Assembly: GCA_046049845.1 (NCBI GenBank)
Contig: JBJOQP010000001.1
Coordinates: forward strand, 27,824 to 91,823
Reading direction: 5' to 3'
Source: Actinomycetota bacterium
GTDB lineage: Bacteria; Actinomycetota; Actinomycetes; Actinomycetales; Microbacteriaceae
Length of the DNA: 64,000 nt
Part shown: in pieces, positions 21,478 to 30,389 of the stretch
How positions within the stretch are numbered: the stretch's first letter is position 1
How the letters are laid out: each line of letters begins with the position of its first letter
Notes under the pieces: model-generated
What the model was told of the DNA's origin: nothing
Databases searched by the model: none
Seen by the model: only the letters and a program-made list of their open reading frames with translations
Program-made: the position numbers and the translations under genes

Positions 21478-21515
21478 CTTTTTAAGTTGTCCCCTTAAGT
21501 GGGGACTTAAAAAAG
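21478..21515. promoter_or_regulatory. Palindrome GTCCCC-N6-GGGGAC with T/A-rich flanks; candidate operator or second terminator
   Basis: ctttttaag-tt-gtcccc-ttaagt-ggggac-ttaaaaaag. Confidence 0.45.
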
Positions 21516-21561
21516 ACTCCGATTTCCACAATATTTATCGCAATGGAAATAGTTTTTCATT

Positions 21562-21655
21562 AGGTGAATGCAAGTAGATCTAAGGGGTCTAAGCAATCAC
21601 CACCAGGGGACGGGCCGAGTTCTGTGCAATAGCAGAGCAAAGGCCCGTTGGGGTT
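21562..21655 (+). ncRNA. Candidate small structured RNA (strand uncertain)
   Basis: TAGTTT -10-like hexamer at 21550-21555; hairpins agatc/ggtct and acgggcc...ggcccgt with an inner tctg/caga stem. Confidence 0.3.
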
Positions 21656-22629
21656 TAAAGCCTCAGTGATAGAACTGGCTGTGCTTGTCCAGGAATAGTT
21701 GCTACAACAGTCAATCTAAAATCTTCGCCCTTAGGGCTTCTGATAGTTACACGACCCTCAGAAACTACTTGAAGGGCTTTTACAGCTTTGTTGAGGAGTT
21801 CATCTCTCTCCAGCGGGGTTAGGTCCTGTGTGCCACCTTCATCCAGAATTAGCACTTCAACACCGAGATTTCTAAGTCGTTGAACTTCGGCAGTCATAGC
21901 CTGGGTGAGCAAGTCTCTACCTCTCAAGTTATCTCTAAGTGTTGCTTCGACTAATCTCGTTGACTGTTTCAGGTCTTCATTGAATGGCGTTTTTGCATCT
22001 CTAATTACAGAGAGAAGGGGAACTGCGGTGCCTAACACCTGGGACAGCCTCTGTTGACGCTCACGAGTTGCCGCTTCAAGTTCAGCAATCTTTGTGCGAG
22101 CCTCAATCTCTTTGGCTCTAAATTGCTCGGACTCTCTCGTGGCTCTTGCTATTCCCCTCGAAACACCAAGGCCTGCAAGCACGAAAACTAAAGCACCTGC
22201 TAAACCAGCAGAAGCAATTGCTCCTGATCCATATTCCAAGATCAATACACCAAGGAGAAATGCAAGGCCGATTAGAGCTAATCTTGCTTGCTGTCTGACA
22301 GCGGATGCGGTGAGAACCAACGCAGTTCCCATTACGACCCAAGCTCCAATGCTGTCATCGCCAACGATTTGTCGCTGCGTGATAACTAGAAGTGGCAAGG
22401 CCAATCCTGCAGCTAGGTTGATGAAGGCTTGCCAATGTGGCAACTGTAAACCTCTAAAGAAAATAAGGGTTGCAGCGGAGCAATAGAAATAAATGACTAA
22501 CGCAATAATTTCGAGATAGCGGGATGTAAATCCTGGTAAGAACATCGATTGCACTGGAAGATAAAGCGCATATACAAAAGGCAATATGGATGCCACAGCG
22601 CGATTGATTGATATCAACTGTTGCTCCAT
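21655..22629 (-). CDS. Membrane sensor-like protein lacking kinase motifs (possible start TTG 22617)
   Basis: About 5-6 TM helices, a coiled coil, EATLRDNLRG and LILDEGG; no H-box His, no N-box, no DxGxG. Confidence 0.65.
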   Translation of the reverse strand: MEQQLISINRAVASILPFVYALYLPVQSMFLPGFTSRYLEIIALVIYFYCSAATLIFFRGLQLPHWQAFINLAAGLALPLLVITQRQIVGDDSIGAWVVMGTALVLTASAVRQQARLALIGLAFLLGVLILEYGSGAIASAGLAGALVFVLAGLGVSRGIARATRESEQFRAKEIEARTKIAELEAATRERQQRLSQVLGTAVPLLSVIRDAKTPFNEDLKQSTRLVEATLRDNLRGRDLLTQAMTAEVQRLRNLGVEVLILDEGGTQDLTPLERDELLNKAVKALQVVSEGRVTIRSPKGEDFRLTVVATIPGQAQPVLSLRL

Positions 22630-23786
22630 TCCAACACAACAGTTGTGCCTTGGCCAGGTTGTGAAACAACGTGAGCTGAACCACCGACAGATTGCATTCG
22701 TCCGATGATAGAAGTCTTAATTCCAAGTCTCCCCCGATTTACTTGGCTAACCCTAAATCCTTTTCCATCATCAAGAACGACTACCTTGATTCCTGCCTTG
22801 CTGGACTTCAGGCTGAGTTCTCTACTCGCCTTTGGCCCAGCATGCATGATCGAATTATGGATAGCTTGAAGGGTTGCCTCAGTGAGGGCAGACACCGCTT
22901 CAGCGTCTACTGAAATGCTTGTAGTGCAGTTCTTTTTAGCGCTGATTTGAGGGTCAATTCTCTCGGCTGCCAAGATGATCGAATCAAATAGTTCACTGCA
23001 GTAAACACTCTCGGTATCGCTATGTAGTTTTTGAGCTTCAGAGAGTTTTCTAAGTGCGGTGCCAGCAAGCTCTGCGCTGGCTCGCACCTCTTCATCGCTC
23101 TTAGCCTGAGTGGCACTTATCAGAGCGGTTAGAACACTGTCGTGAATTAGTCCATCAAGACGTACCCGTTCTTTTGCTCTAGCCTCAGCCTCTGCTTGCA
23201 ATACCTCGGCCTTGATCGCCTCGGAGTTTGCTTTGTCTGATCTATCGGCGGCATAACGAATCATTAGGGCAATAACAGAAATAGAAGCATTGGTTAGGAA
23301 TGTGTAAATTGCATCAGTCAATACAGCAGTCTCTTGATGAGATCCGCCAATTAGGAGCGAAAACATAAACTGCACAACACCGATGAGTGAAACGTAATAG
23401 ACAAGAGCGAAACGCCAACTAAAACTTAGCGCTACAGCAATCCAGCCAGTGTCAATACCCCACCAAATCCAAGGATAAAAACTTCCATCTTGAGGAACTT
23501 CAGTGGCAATTACAAGTGGCCAAGTAAATACCAAGACCACCATGTATAAAGCGTGGATTCTTAGATATAGGTAGTTAGCCTTTCCAAACCAGAAAGAGTA
23601 AGTAAGAGCTAACGTCGTGCACCAAAGCAATATGGTCAGGGGCCAAGCCAATGCTTGATTGAGGTATTGAATTTGACCTACAAAATTAAGGCCGCTTTCA
23701 ACGCTTAGAGCAATCGCTCCTGCTGCGAAAGTGCGTCCAATAAGTCGATCGACTCGAGCCCTAGCAATGGTTGCTGAAATTGGCAT
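22614..23786 (-). CDS. Membrane sensor histidine kinase (HisKA_3/NarX-like)
   Basis: TM region; LIHDSVL H-box; QAIHNSIMHAG; VLDDGKGF; GRLG...RMQSVGG; PGQGTTV. Confidence 0.85.
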   Translation of the reverse strand: MPISATIARARVDRLIGRTFAAGAIALSVESGLNFVGQIQYLNQALAWPLTILLWCTTLALTYSFWFGKANYLYLRIHALYMVVLVFTWPLVIATEVPQDGSFYPWIWWGIDTGWIAVALSFSWRFALVYYVSLIGVVQFMFSLLIGGSHQETAVLTDAIYTFLTNASISVIALMIRYAADRSDKANSEAIKAEVLQAEAEARAKERVRLDGLIHDSVLTALISATQAKSDEEVRASAELAGTALRKLSEAQKLHSDTESVYCSELFDSIILAAERIDPQISAKKNCTTSISVDAEAVSALTEATLQAIHNSIMHAGPKASRELSLKSSKAGIKVVVLDDGKGFRVSQVNRGRLGIKTSIIGRMQSVGGSAHVVSQPGQGTTVVLEWSNS

Positions 23787-24436
23787 TAGATGAGGTCTTC
23801 CCCGAATAGACCATCTTCTATGAGTCTGATTAGAAGTTCTGATTTACCAGTTACCGGTCTGCCAACTTTTGAATACTTGTCTCTAGCTCTATCAATGTGT
23901 TCTTTGACTGTGTATTTACTCAATGACAGTTCGTAGGCAACACTCTTTAGCGTCATTCCTGATGCGTAGAGTTTCACAACTTGCAATTCTCTTTCAGAGA
24001 GATTTGCTCTGAAGGAAACGTCATTGTCTATGGCCGCAACAGTTTCAGTTGTGTTGATCGTAATCCCATTAGCGCTGAGCCTGATGGCTTCAAACAGATA
24101 GCTCATGTCTTGACCTTTAGCGACAAGCCCTTCAGCTCCTTCACGCAGAGCTTCATTTACTTTGTCTTTGTTGTCGGCAATCGAATAGATCAAGACTCTA
24201 GAACCAAACTCGATCAAAGCCTTCACGTTACTTCCAGGAGTGGAACCATCGGCAAGGGACAGGTCCAAAACAACAACCATCGGAGGTTCTTGCAATTTGC
24301 CTAGGAGTGCTTCGACAGTATCCGCATGGTCTAGAACTGTGTAGCCAGCTTCTTGAGCCCCCGCTTTGACGCCAAGCCTCACTGAATCGTGGTCATCCAC
24401 GACTGCTATTGTGATCGGTTTTGCGCTTGAACTCAT
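23786..24436 (-). CDS. NarL/LuxR-family response regulator
   Basis: VVDDH, VLDLSL (phospho-Asp), LVAK; LSERELQVVKLYASGMTLKSVAYELSLSKYTVKEHI HTH. Confidence 0.92.
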   Translation of the reverse strand: MSSSAKPITIAVVDDHDSVRLGVKAGAQEAGYTVLDHADTVEALLGKLQEPPMVVVLDLSLADGSTPGSNVKALIEFGSRVLIYSIADNKDKVNEALREGAEGLVAKGQDMSYLFEAIRLSANGITINTTETVAAIDNDVSFRANLSERELQVVKLYASGMTLKSVAYELSLSKYTVKEHIDRARDKYSKVGRPVTGKSELLIRLIEDGLFGEDLI

Positions 24437-25641
24437 CGAACCAGGCTCACCACGGTTTCGAAGTGATGAGTGTGTGGGAACAGGTCAAATGCCTTGATGC
24501 TTGATATCTTGTAGCCACTTTCAGTTAGCGGAGCTAGGTCTCTAGCAACAGCAATTGGATCACAGGCAACATAAATCAAGTGATTTGGTTGAAGAGTTAG
24601 CAATTTCTCAATCACGTGCTTTCCAGCGCCTGATCTTGGTGGGTCAATAATGACTGTGCTGTTTGGCTTTAGAGCCCCGTGAGAGGCAAGTTCATCTAAG
24701 AATCTCTCTACAGGTGTTGCCACAGATTTAGCTCCCTTGATGTCAATCAAGTTTCTTCTGGCATCCTCAGCAGCACTCTTGCTTGCTTCAACAGTCGTGA
24801 TTTGGATGTCTAAGCCGAAGGCAGCGGCTAAAGCACCGCTGAATAAACCAACGCCACCGTAGAGGTCATAGTTCTGAGCATTCTTGTCGAAGTTTTCGGC
24901 TTTAGCCAGCAGAACAATCTCTTTAGCCAAGACGTTAGCTGCCTCTTTATGAACTTGCCAGAAAGCTCCAGCAGACAATCTAAATGTGCGACCACCAGCT
25001 CGTTCTAAGAACTTCTCTTCACCTTTTAGTTTCTTGTCTACGGTGTATTGAATCTGTCCTGTGCTCGATGCAGCAATCTCAATCTTCTTTACGTCTTGCC
25101 AATTCTTTAGATGCAAACCTAGTTCTTGGATTTCAGGAACTGCCAAAGGCAAAGTCTTTACTCGAACAACTTCGTGACTACGTTCTCTGTATGGACCAAC
25201 ATCGCCATCCTCATTCACATGAAGTTGGATTCTGGTTCTATAACCCAAACCGTTGTTCTCATCATCACCAGGAGCAGCTAGAACTGGAACTCGCATTTCA
25301 ATTCCCGCAAATCTCTGAAGTGCTTCAGAGAGAACATCTGATTTCAATTCGCGTTGACGATATAGTTTGATGTGTCCGAACTCAGCTCCACCTGCTTGCT
25401 CAGCATTTTTCCAAAAGTGTTTTACTCGATCAGGAGAGGCGACAAGAATCTCGGTTGGTTCTGCTCTGCAGAATGAGCCACCCTTATCTTCATAGACTCT
25501 GGCTTTCACCTTTTCACCAGGAAGAACGTGGGATACGAAAACCACCCTGCCTTCGTGTCTTGCTACGAAGATTCCGCCATGGGCGACTTTCTCGATATCG
25601 AGTTCTATTACCTGGTCAAGCCAATTAGTTGATTTATTCAC
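24433..25641 (-). CDS. TRAM-domain RNA (uracil-C5) methyltransferase, RlmD/TrmA family
   Basis: VAHGG..VAR..GRVVFV...LPGE, FWQVH, DLYGGVGLF, DPPRSG, YVACDP, DLFPHTHHFE. Confidence 0.9.
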   Translation of the reverse strand: MNKSTNWLDQVIELDIEKVAHGGIFVARHEGRVVFVSHVLPGEKVKARVYEDKGGSFCRAEPTEILVASPDRVKHFWKNAEQAGGAEFGHIKLYRQRELKSDVLSEALQRFAGIEMRVPVLAAPGDDENNGLGYRTRIQLHVNEDGDVGPYRERSHEVVRVKTLPLAVPEIQELGLHLKNWQDVKKIEIAASSTGQIQYTVDKKLKGEEKFLERAGGRTFRLSAGAFWQVHKEAANVLAKEIVLLAKAENFDKNAQNYDLYGGVGLFSGALAAAFGLDIQITTVEASKSAAEDARRNLIDIKGAKSVATPVERFLDELASHGALKPNSTVIIDPPRSGAGKHVIEKLLTLQPNHLIYVACDPIAVARDLAPLTESGYKISSIKAFDLFPHTHHFETVVSLVR

Positions 25642-25680
25642 TAAACAAGTGTTCCACACCTGCTTCGGTAGTCTGGTCCT

Positions 25681-26316
25681 GTGACCAAACTTGTCTTAGC
25701 TTCCACATCGCCCGCTCGTCTTCGACTTCTTCGAGATGGTGGCATTGAGCCTGTGACTATCTCCCCAGGAGTGGATGAAGAGCTGGTAACCCAATTAGCC
25801 CTTGAAGCCGGAGAAATCACAAATACCCAAGATATGGTCTTGCTGCTAGCCAAGGCCAAGGCTGAAGCTGTTCTGAACGACCCAGAGGCTCAAGGAGCTC
25901 TAATCATTGGTTGTGACAGTTCTTTGGATCTAGATGGTGAATCTCTCGGTAAACCACACGAACCCGAGGTTGCCATTGAACGCTGGAAGTCCATGAGAGG
26001 TCGCTCAGGCAGGCTCTACACGGGCCATTGGCTAATTGATAACCGAGAGAACTCCCCTTCTCCTAAGGCTGTTGGACAGGCTACAAACACCACAGTTCAC
26101 TTCGCAGACCTCTCAGATTCAGAGATATTGGCCTATGTCGGGACCGGTGAACCCCTGAAAGTAGCAGGTGCCTTCACTATAGATGGGCTCGGAGGGGCCT
26201 TTATTAGGGCAATTGAGGGTGATTCTCATACGGTTGTTGGCCTTAGTTTGCCTACCCTCAGGGACCTTTGTGTCAAGCTTGGAGTAGATTACCCAAGCCT
26301 TTGGAGCTCTAAATAG
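25681..26316 (+). CDS. maf: Maf family nucleotide pyrophosphatase
   Basis: LVLASTSPAR, AKAKAEAV, IGCDS, LGKP, AGAFTIDG, VVGLS. Confidence 0.92.
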   Translation: MTKLVLASTSPARLRLLRDGGIEPVTISPGVDEELVTQLALEAGEITNTQDMVLLLAKAKAEAVLNDPEAQGALIIGCDSSLDLDGESLGKPHEPEVAIERWKSMRGRSGRLYTGHWLIDNRENSPSPKAVGQATNTTVHFADLSDSEILAYVGTGEPLKVAGAFTIDGLGGAFIRAIEGDSHTVVGLSLPTLRDLCVKLGVDYPSLWSSK

Positions 26317-26331
26317 GTAGGCTTGAGTCTT

Positions 26332-28104
26332 ATGACTGCCTCAAAATCAGCCAAGATAACCAAGGTCCTTATTGCTAACCGCGGTGAGATTGCCGTCCGT
26401 ATCATCCGTGCCGCTAAAGATGCCGGAATCCAGACAGTTGCAATCTACGCAGACCAAGACCGAGACGCTATGCATAGCCGCATGGCCGATGAGTCATATG
26501 CACTAAATGGTCTAACCAGCGCTGACACCTATCTTGTTATCGACAAGATTCTTTCAATCGCAAAGCGATCAGGTGCTAACGCAATTCACCCTGGCTATGG
26601 ATTCCTAGCCGAAAACGCAAACTTTGCTCAGGCAGTAATTGATGCAGGAATTATTTGGATTGGTCCATCTCCTAAAGCAATCGACCAACTAGGTGACAAA
26701 GTTTCAGCTCGTCACGTAGCTGAAAAAGTTGGCGCACCGCTAGCTCCTGGAACTCTGAACCCTGTTTCAGGAGCTGAAGAAGTTCTTGAGTTCGTAGCAA
26801 AGCACGGACTTCCAATTGCTATCAAAGCTGCCTACGGTGGCGGTGGCCGTGGAATCAAAGTTGTTTATGAAAAAGAAGAAGTTGCCGAAGCATTTGAATC
26901 TGCAACTCGTGAAGCAGTTGCAGCTTTCGGTCGCGGTGAATGTTTCGTTGAAAAGTATTTAGAGAAACCTCGTCACGTTGAAACCCAGTGTCTTGCTGAT
27001 GCCTACGGCAACGTAGTTGTTGTTTCAACTAGAGACTGTTCTCTTCAGAGAAGACACCAGAAGCTTGTTGAAGAAGCGCCAGCTCCTTTCCTAACTGATG
27101 ATCAAATCAATAGGCTCTACGAATCTTCTAAAGCAATCTTGAAAGAGGTTGGTTATCAAGGTGCTGGAACCTGTGAGTTCCTAGTGGCTCAAGATGGAAC
27201 AATCTCATTCCTTGAGGTAAACACTCGCCTTCAGGTTGAACACCCAGTTTCTGAAGAAGTAACAGGGCTAGACCTTGTTCGCGAACAGTTCAGAATTGCC
27301 GAAGGCGGCAAGCTTGAATACGGTGACCCCGTTGTGTCTGGTCACTCATTTGAATTCAGAATCAACGGTGAAGATGCAGGCAGAAACTTTATGCCAGCAC
27401 CTGGTTCAATCCACACCTTCAAATCTCCTGGTGGACCTGGTGTTCGTATCGATACCGGTGTTGAAGCAGGATCTGAAATCAGTGGTTCTTTCGATTCAAT
27501 GATTGCAAAACTTATTGTCACTGGTTCAACTAGAGAAGAAGCTCTAGAGAGATCTAGAAGAGCTCTTGCTGAACTACACATCGAAGGAATGCCAACAGTT
27601 ATTCCTTTCCACCGAAAGATTGTGAACGACCCAGCCTTTATTGGTTCAAATGGCAAGTTCGGTATCTACACAAGATGGATTGAAACCGAATGGACTAACG
27701 ACATCGAGCCTTGGTCTGGTGTTGCTCAAGCTGGAGCTCAGGCACCTGCAAGAAACAGCGTTGTTGTTGAAATCGATGGCAAGAGAATTGAAGTTAGCCT
27801 TCCTAAGCAACTCTTCCTAAACGGTGGCTCTAAGCCAGCAGCTCCAGCTCCTAAGCGCAAAGCACACACCGATGTTCAGGCTGATTCAGGTAAGCACCTG
27901 ACCGCTCAGATGCAGGCAACTGTTGTGAAGATTGCTGTTGCTGAAGGTGACAAGGTGGCTGCAGGTCAGCAACTTCTAGTACTTGAAGCCATGAAGATGG
28001 AATCACCTCAGAACGCTTCTAGAGATGCCGTTGTGAAGAAGATTCACGTTGCAGTGGGAGCAACAGTTCCTGCTGGAACTATGCTCATTGAATTCGAAGA
28101 GTAA
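26332..28104 (+). CDS. Biotin carboxylase/BCCP alpha subunit (AccA3-like)
   Basis: [48 protein letters not shown]. Confidence 0.95.
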   Translation: MTASKSAKITKVLIANRGEIAVRIIRAAKDAGIQTVAIYADQDRDAMHSRMADESYALNGLTSADTYLVIDKILSIAKRSGANAIHPGYGFLAENANFAQAVIDAGIIWIGPSPKAIDQLGDKVSARHVAEKVGAPLAPGTLNPVSGAEEVLEFVAKHGLPIAIKAAYGGGGRGIKVVYEKEEVAEAFESATREAVAAFGRGECFVEKYLEKPRHVETQCLADAYGNVVVVSTRDCSLQRRHQKLVEEAPAPFLTDDQINRLYESSKAILKEVGYQGAGTCEFLVAQDGTISFLEVNTRLQVEHPVSEEVTGLDLVREQFRIAEGGKLEYGDPVVSGHSFEFRINGEDAGRNFMPAPGSIHTFKSPGGPGVRIDTGVEAGSEISGSFDSMIAKLIVTGSTREEALERSRRALAELHIEGMPTVIPFHRKIVNDPAFIGSNGKFGIYTRWIETEWTNDIEPWSGVAQAGAQAPARNSVVVEIDGKRIEVSLPKQLFLNGGSKPAAPAPKRKAHTDVQADSGKHLTAQMQATVVKIAVAEGDKVAAGQQLLVLEAMKMESPQNASRDAVVKKIHVAVGATVPAGTMLIEFEE

Positions 28105-28109
28105 GAACC

Positions 28110-29525
28110 CTAAACGTTAGGCACGTGCAGAGCACGTGAAGCATCCGTAATGGATGTCGAGATTGATGGGTAAACTGCAAAGGTCTTTGCGATCTGATCA
28201 ACAGTTAATCTGTTCTCAACAGCAATAGCGATTGGGTAGATAAGTTCACTAGCCTTTGGTGCCACAACAACTCCACCAATAACAGTTCCACCAGGGGATG
28301 CAATCAACTTAATGAATCCATCCTTTACTCCCTGAAGCTTTGCTCTTGGGTTTAGTTCAAGTTCGATTTTGTGGACGGTGCCTGATACCTTGCCTTCGAG
28401 AACATCTTTCTCAGACCAACCAACTGAAGCGATCTCAGGAGCGGTAAACACGTTAGCTGCAACATTTCTAAGTTCAGTAGGTGCTGCAACATCGCCAAGA
28501 GTATGGAATACAGCAGTTCTACCCTGCATCGCTGACACAGAAGCTAGAGGCAGGAACGTGGTGCAATCGCCAACTGCATAAACATTTGCTCGAGAGGTTC
28601 TAGCAACCTTGTTCACAATTACGTGACCAGATTCAGTGAGCTGAACTCCAGCTTCTTCTAGCCCTAGGTCTTTAGTGTTTGGAATTGAACCAACGGCCAT
28701 TAGACAGTGTGACCCTTGAAGTACTGTGCCATCAGCAAGTTTCACTTCAACACCAGATCCAGTGTTGATAACACTTTCTGCTCTTGACTTAGAAAGAACA
28801 TGCATGCCGTTTCTAATAAATATTTTTTCGATAAGGGCAGCTGCATCGGCATCTTCACCTGGAAGAACTGTGTCTCTTGATGAAACAAGAGTCACTTTCG
28901 ATCCAAGACCTAGATAAGCAGAAGCAAACTCTGCTCCAGTCACACCAGAACCAACAACAATCATGTGTTCAGGAAGTTCTTTGAGGTTGTAAAGATCTAG
29001 CCAGGTAAGAATTCTCTCCCCATCAGGCTTAGCACTTTCAATAGTTCTCGGGTGAGCACCCACTGAGACGATGATGGTCTTTGCTTCTAGACGTTCTTCT
29101 TTGCCGTCATGAGTTGTTACAACAACATGGTGGTTGCCATCAAGTTTTCCTGTGCCATGAATGAGTCGAACTCCCATATCAACAAGAGTCTGAGTCATTT
29201 CTTCTGACTGCTCTTTAGCAATAGCTAGAAGTCTTGAGTTGATAGCCCCTAGATCTAGATCCACTTTGGCTGAGACGGACACTCCATCAGCCTTGAATCT
29301 AATCCCCAGCTCCCCTGCCTCTCTAATGGCATTAGCTGCATCAGCTGTTGCAATCAGGGCTTTAGAAGGAACTACATCTGTCAAAACAGCACTGCCACCC
29401 ACACCGTTACGTTCAATAAGGGTTACTTCAGCACCTAGCTGGATACCTGCCACAGCAGCCTCATAGCCACCTGGGCCTCCACCAATAATGACAATGTGCT
29501 GCTTTATTTGTTGAAGATCACTCAC
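28110..29525 (-). CDS. NAD(P)H-quinone dehydrogenase (actinobacterial LpdA-like flavoprotein)
   Basis: GGGPGGYEAA, GGSAVLTDVVPSK (no CxxxxC), GSGVTGAEFA, VYPS C-terminus. Confidence 0.85.
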   Translation of the reverse strand: MSDLQQIKQHIVIIGGGPGGYEAAVAGIQLGAEVTLIERNGVGGSAVLTDVVPSKALIATADAANAIREAGELGIRFKADGVSVSAKVDLDLGAINSRLLAIAKEQSEEMTQTLVDMGVRLIHGTGKLDGNHHVVVTTHDGKEERLEAKTIIVSVGAHPRTIESAKPDGERILTWLDLYNLKELPEHMIVVGSGVTGAEFASAYLGLGSKVTLVSSRDTVLPGEDADAAALIEKIFIRNGMHVLSKSRAESVINTGSGVEVKLADGTVLQGSHCLMAVGSIPNTKDLGLEEAGVQLTESGHVIVNKVARTSRANVYAVGDCTTFLPLASVSAMQGRTAVFHTLGDVAAPTELRNVAANVFTAPEIASVGWSEKDVLEGKVSGTVHKIELELNPRAKLQGVKDGFIKLIASPGGTVIGGVVVAPKASELIYPIAIAVENRLTVDQIAKTFAVYPSISTSITDASRALHVPNV

Positions 29526-29565
29526 CCCTCAATTGTGTCGCATATTTGAAGATTAGACTTGCCCT

Positions 29566-30387
29566 ATGAGCAATCCATTAGATGATCCAAAGGCGGATCC
29601 ATTCCAAATAGCCGAACAAGCAGCCCTAGTAATTGCTGAAAAGTCCGGCATAGCCCAGCACGATATCGCACTTACCCTAGGTTCAGGTTGGGCCAAGGCA
29701 GCTGACCTTATCGGTGAAACAGTATCCACTATTGATGCAGCTGAAGTACCTGGTTTCACTAGGTCAGAAGTTGTTGGACACATTTCAACTATTCGCTCAA
29801 TCCTTCTTCCTTCAGGAAAGCACGCTCTAGTTCTAGGGGCTAGAACTCACTACTACGAAGGCCATGGCGTTAGAAGAGTTGTTCATGGAGTTAGAACCGC
29901 AGCAGCAGCTGGCGTGAAGACCATGATCTTGACTAACGGTGCCGGTGGTATCAAAACTTCTTGGAAGCCTGGCACACCAGTACTTATTAGCGATCACATT
30001 AACTTCACTTCAGCTAGCCCAATTGAAGGCGCTAACTTTGTTGACCTAACCGATCTCTATTCACTTCGTCTTAGAGACATTGCTAGAACAGTTGATGCAT
30101 CTTTAGATGAAGGTGTCTACATGCAGTTCCGTGGTCCTCACTACGAAACTCCTGCTGAAGTTCAAATGGCAAAAGCCATGGGAGCACACATCGTAGGTAT
30201 GTCAACTGCTCTTGAAGCAATTGCTGCTCGTCAATCAGGTCTAGAAGTTCTAGGACTATCTCTTTCAACAAACTTGGCTGCTGGTATCAGCGATAGCCCA
30301 CTTAGCCACAAAGAAGTTCTAGAAGCAGGTAAGGAAGCTGAGCCTCGTATCAGTGCTCTACTAGCTTCGATTGTTGCCAAACTCTAA
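29566..30387 (+). CDS. punA: Purine nucleoside phosphorylase
   Basis: LGSGW, RTHYYEG, LTNGAGG, GPHYETPAE, VGMST, NLAAG, HKEVL. Confidence 0.93.
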   Translation: MSNPLDDPKADPFQIAEQAALVIAEKSGIAQHDIALTLGSGWAKAADLIGETVSTIDAAEVPGFTRSEVVGHISTIRSILLPSGKHALVLGARTHYYEGHGVRRVVHGVRTAAAAGVKTMILTNGAGGIKTSWKPGTPVLISDHINFTSASPIEGANFVDLTDLYSLRLRDIARTVDASLDEGVYMQFRGPHYETPAEVQMAKAMGAHIVGMSTALEAIAARQSGLEVLGLSLSTNLAAGISDSPLSHKEVLEAGKEAEPRISALLASIVAKL

Positions 30388-30389
30388 CT

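Noticed and set aside
21507-21560. 17-codon minus-strand ORF (MKNYFHCDKYCGNRSLF)
   Set aside because: No RBS or leaderless promoter, and the length is compatible with chance.
21466-21653. Five G-runs on the plus strand considered as a G-quadruplex
   Set aside because: The loops are long and two of the runs are paired in strong inverted repeats.
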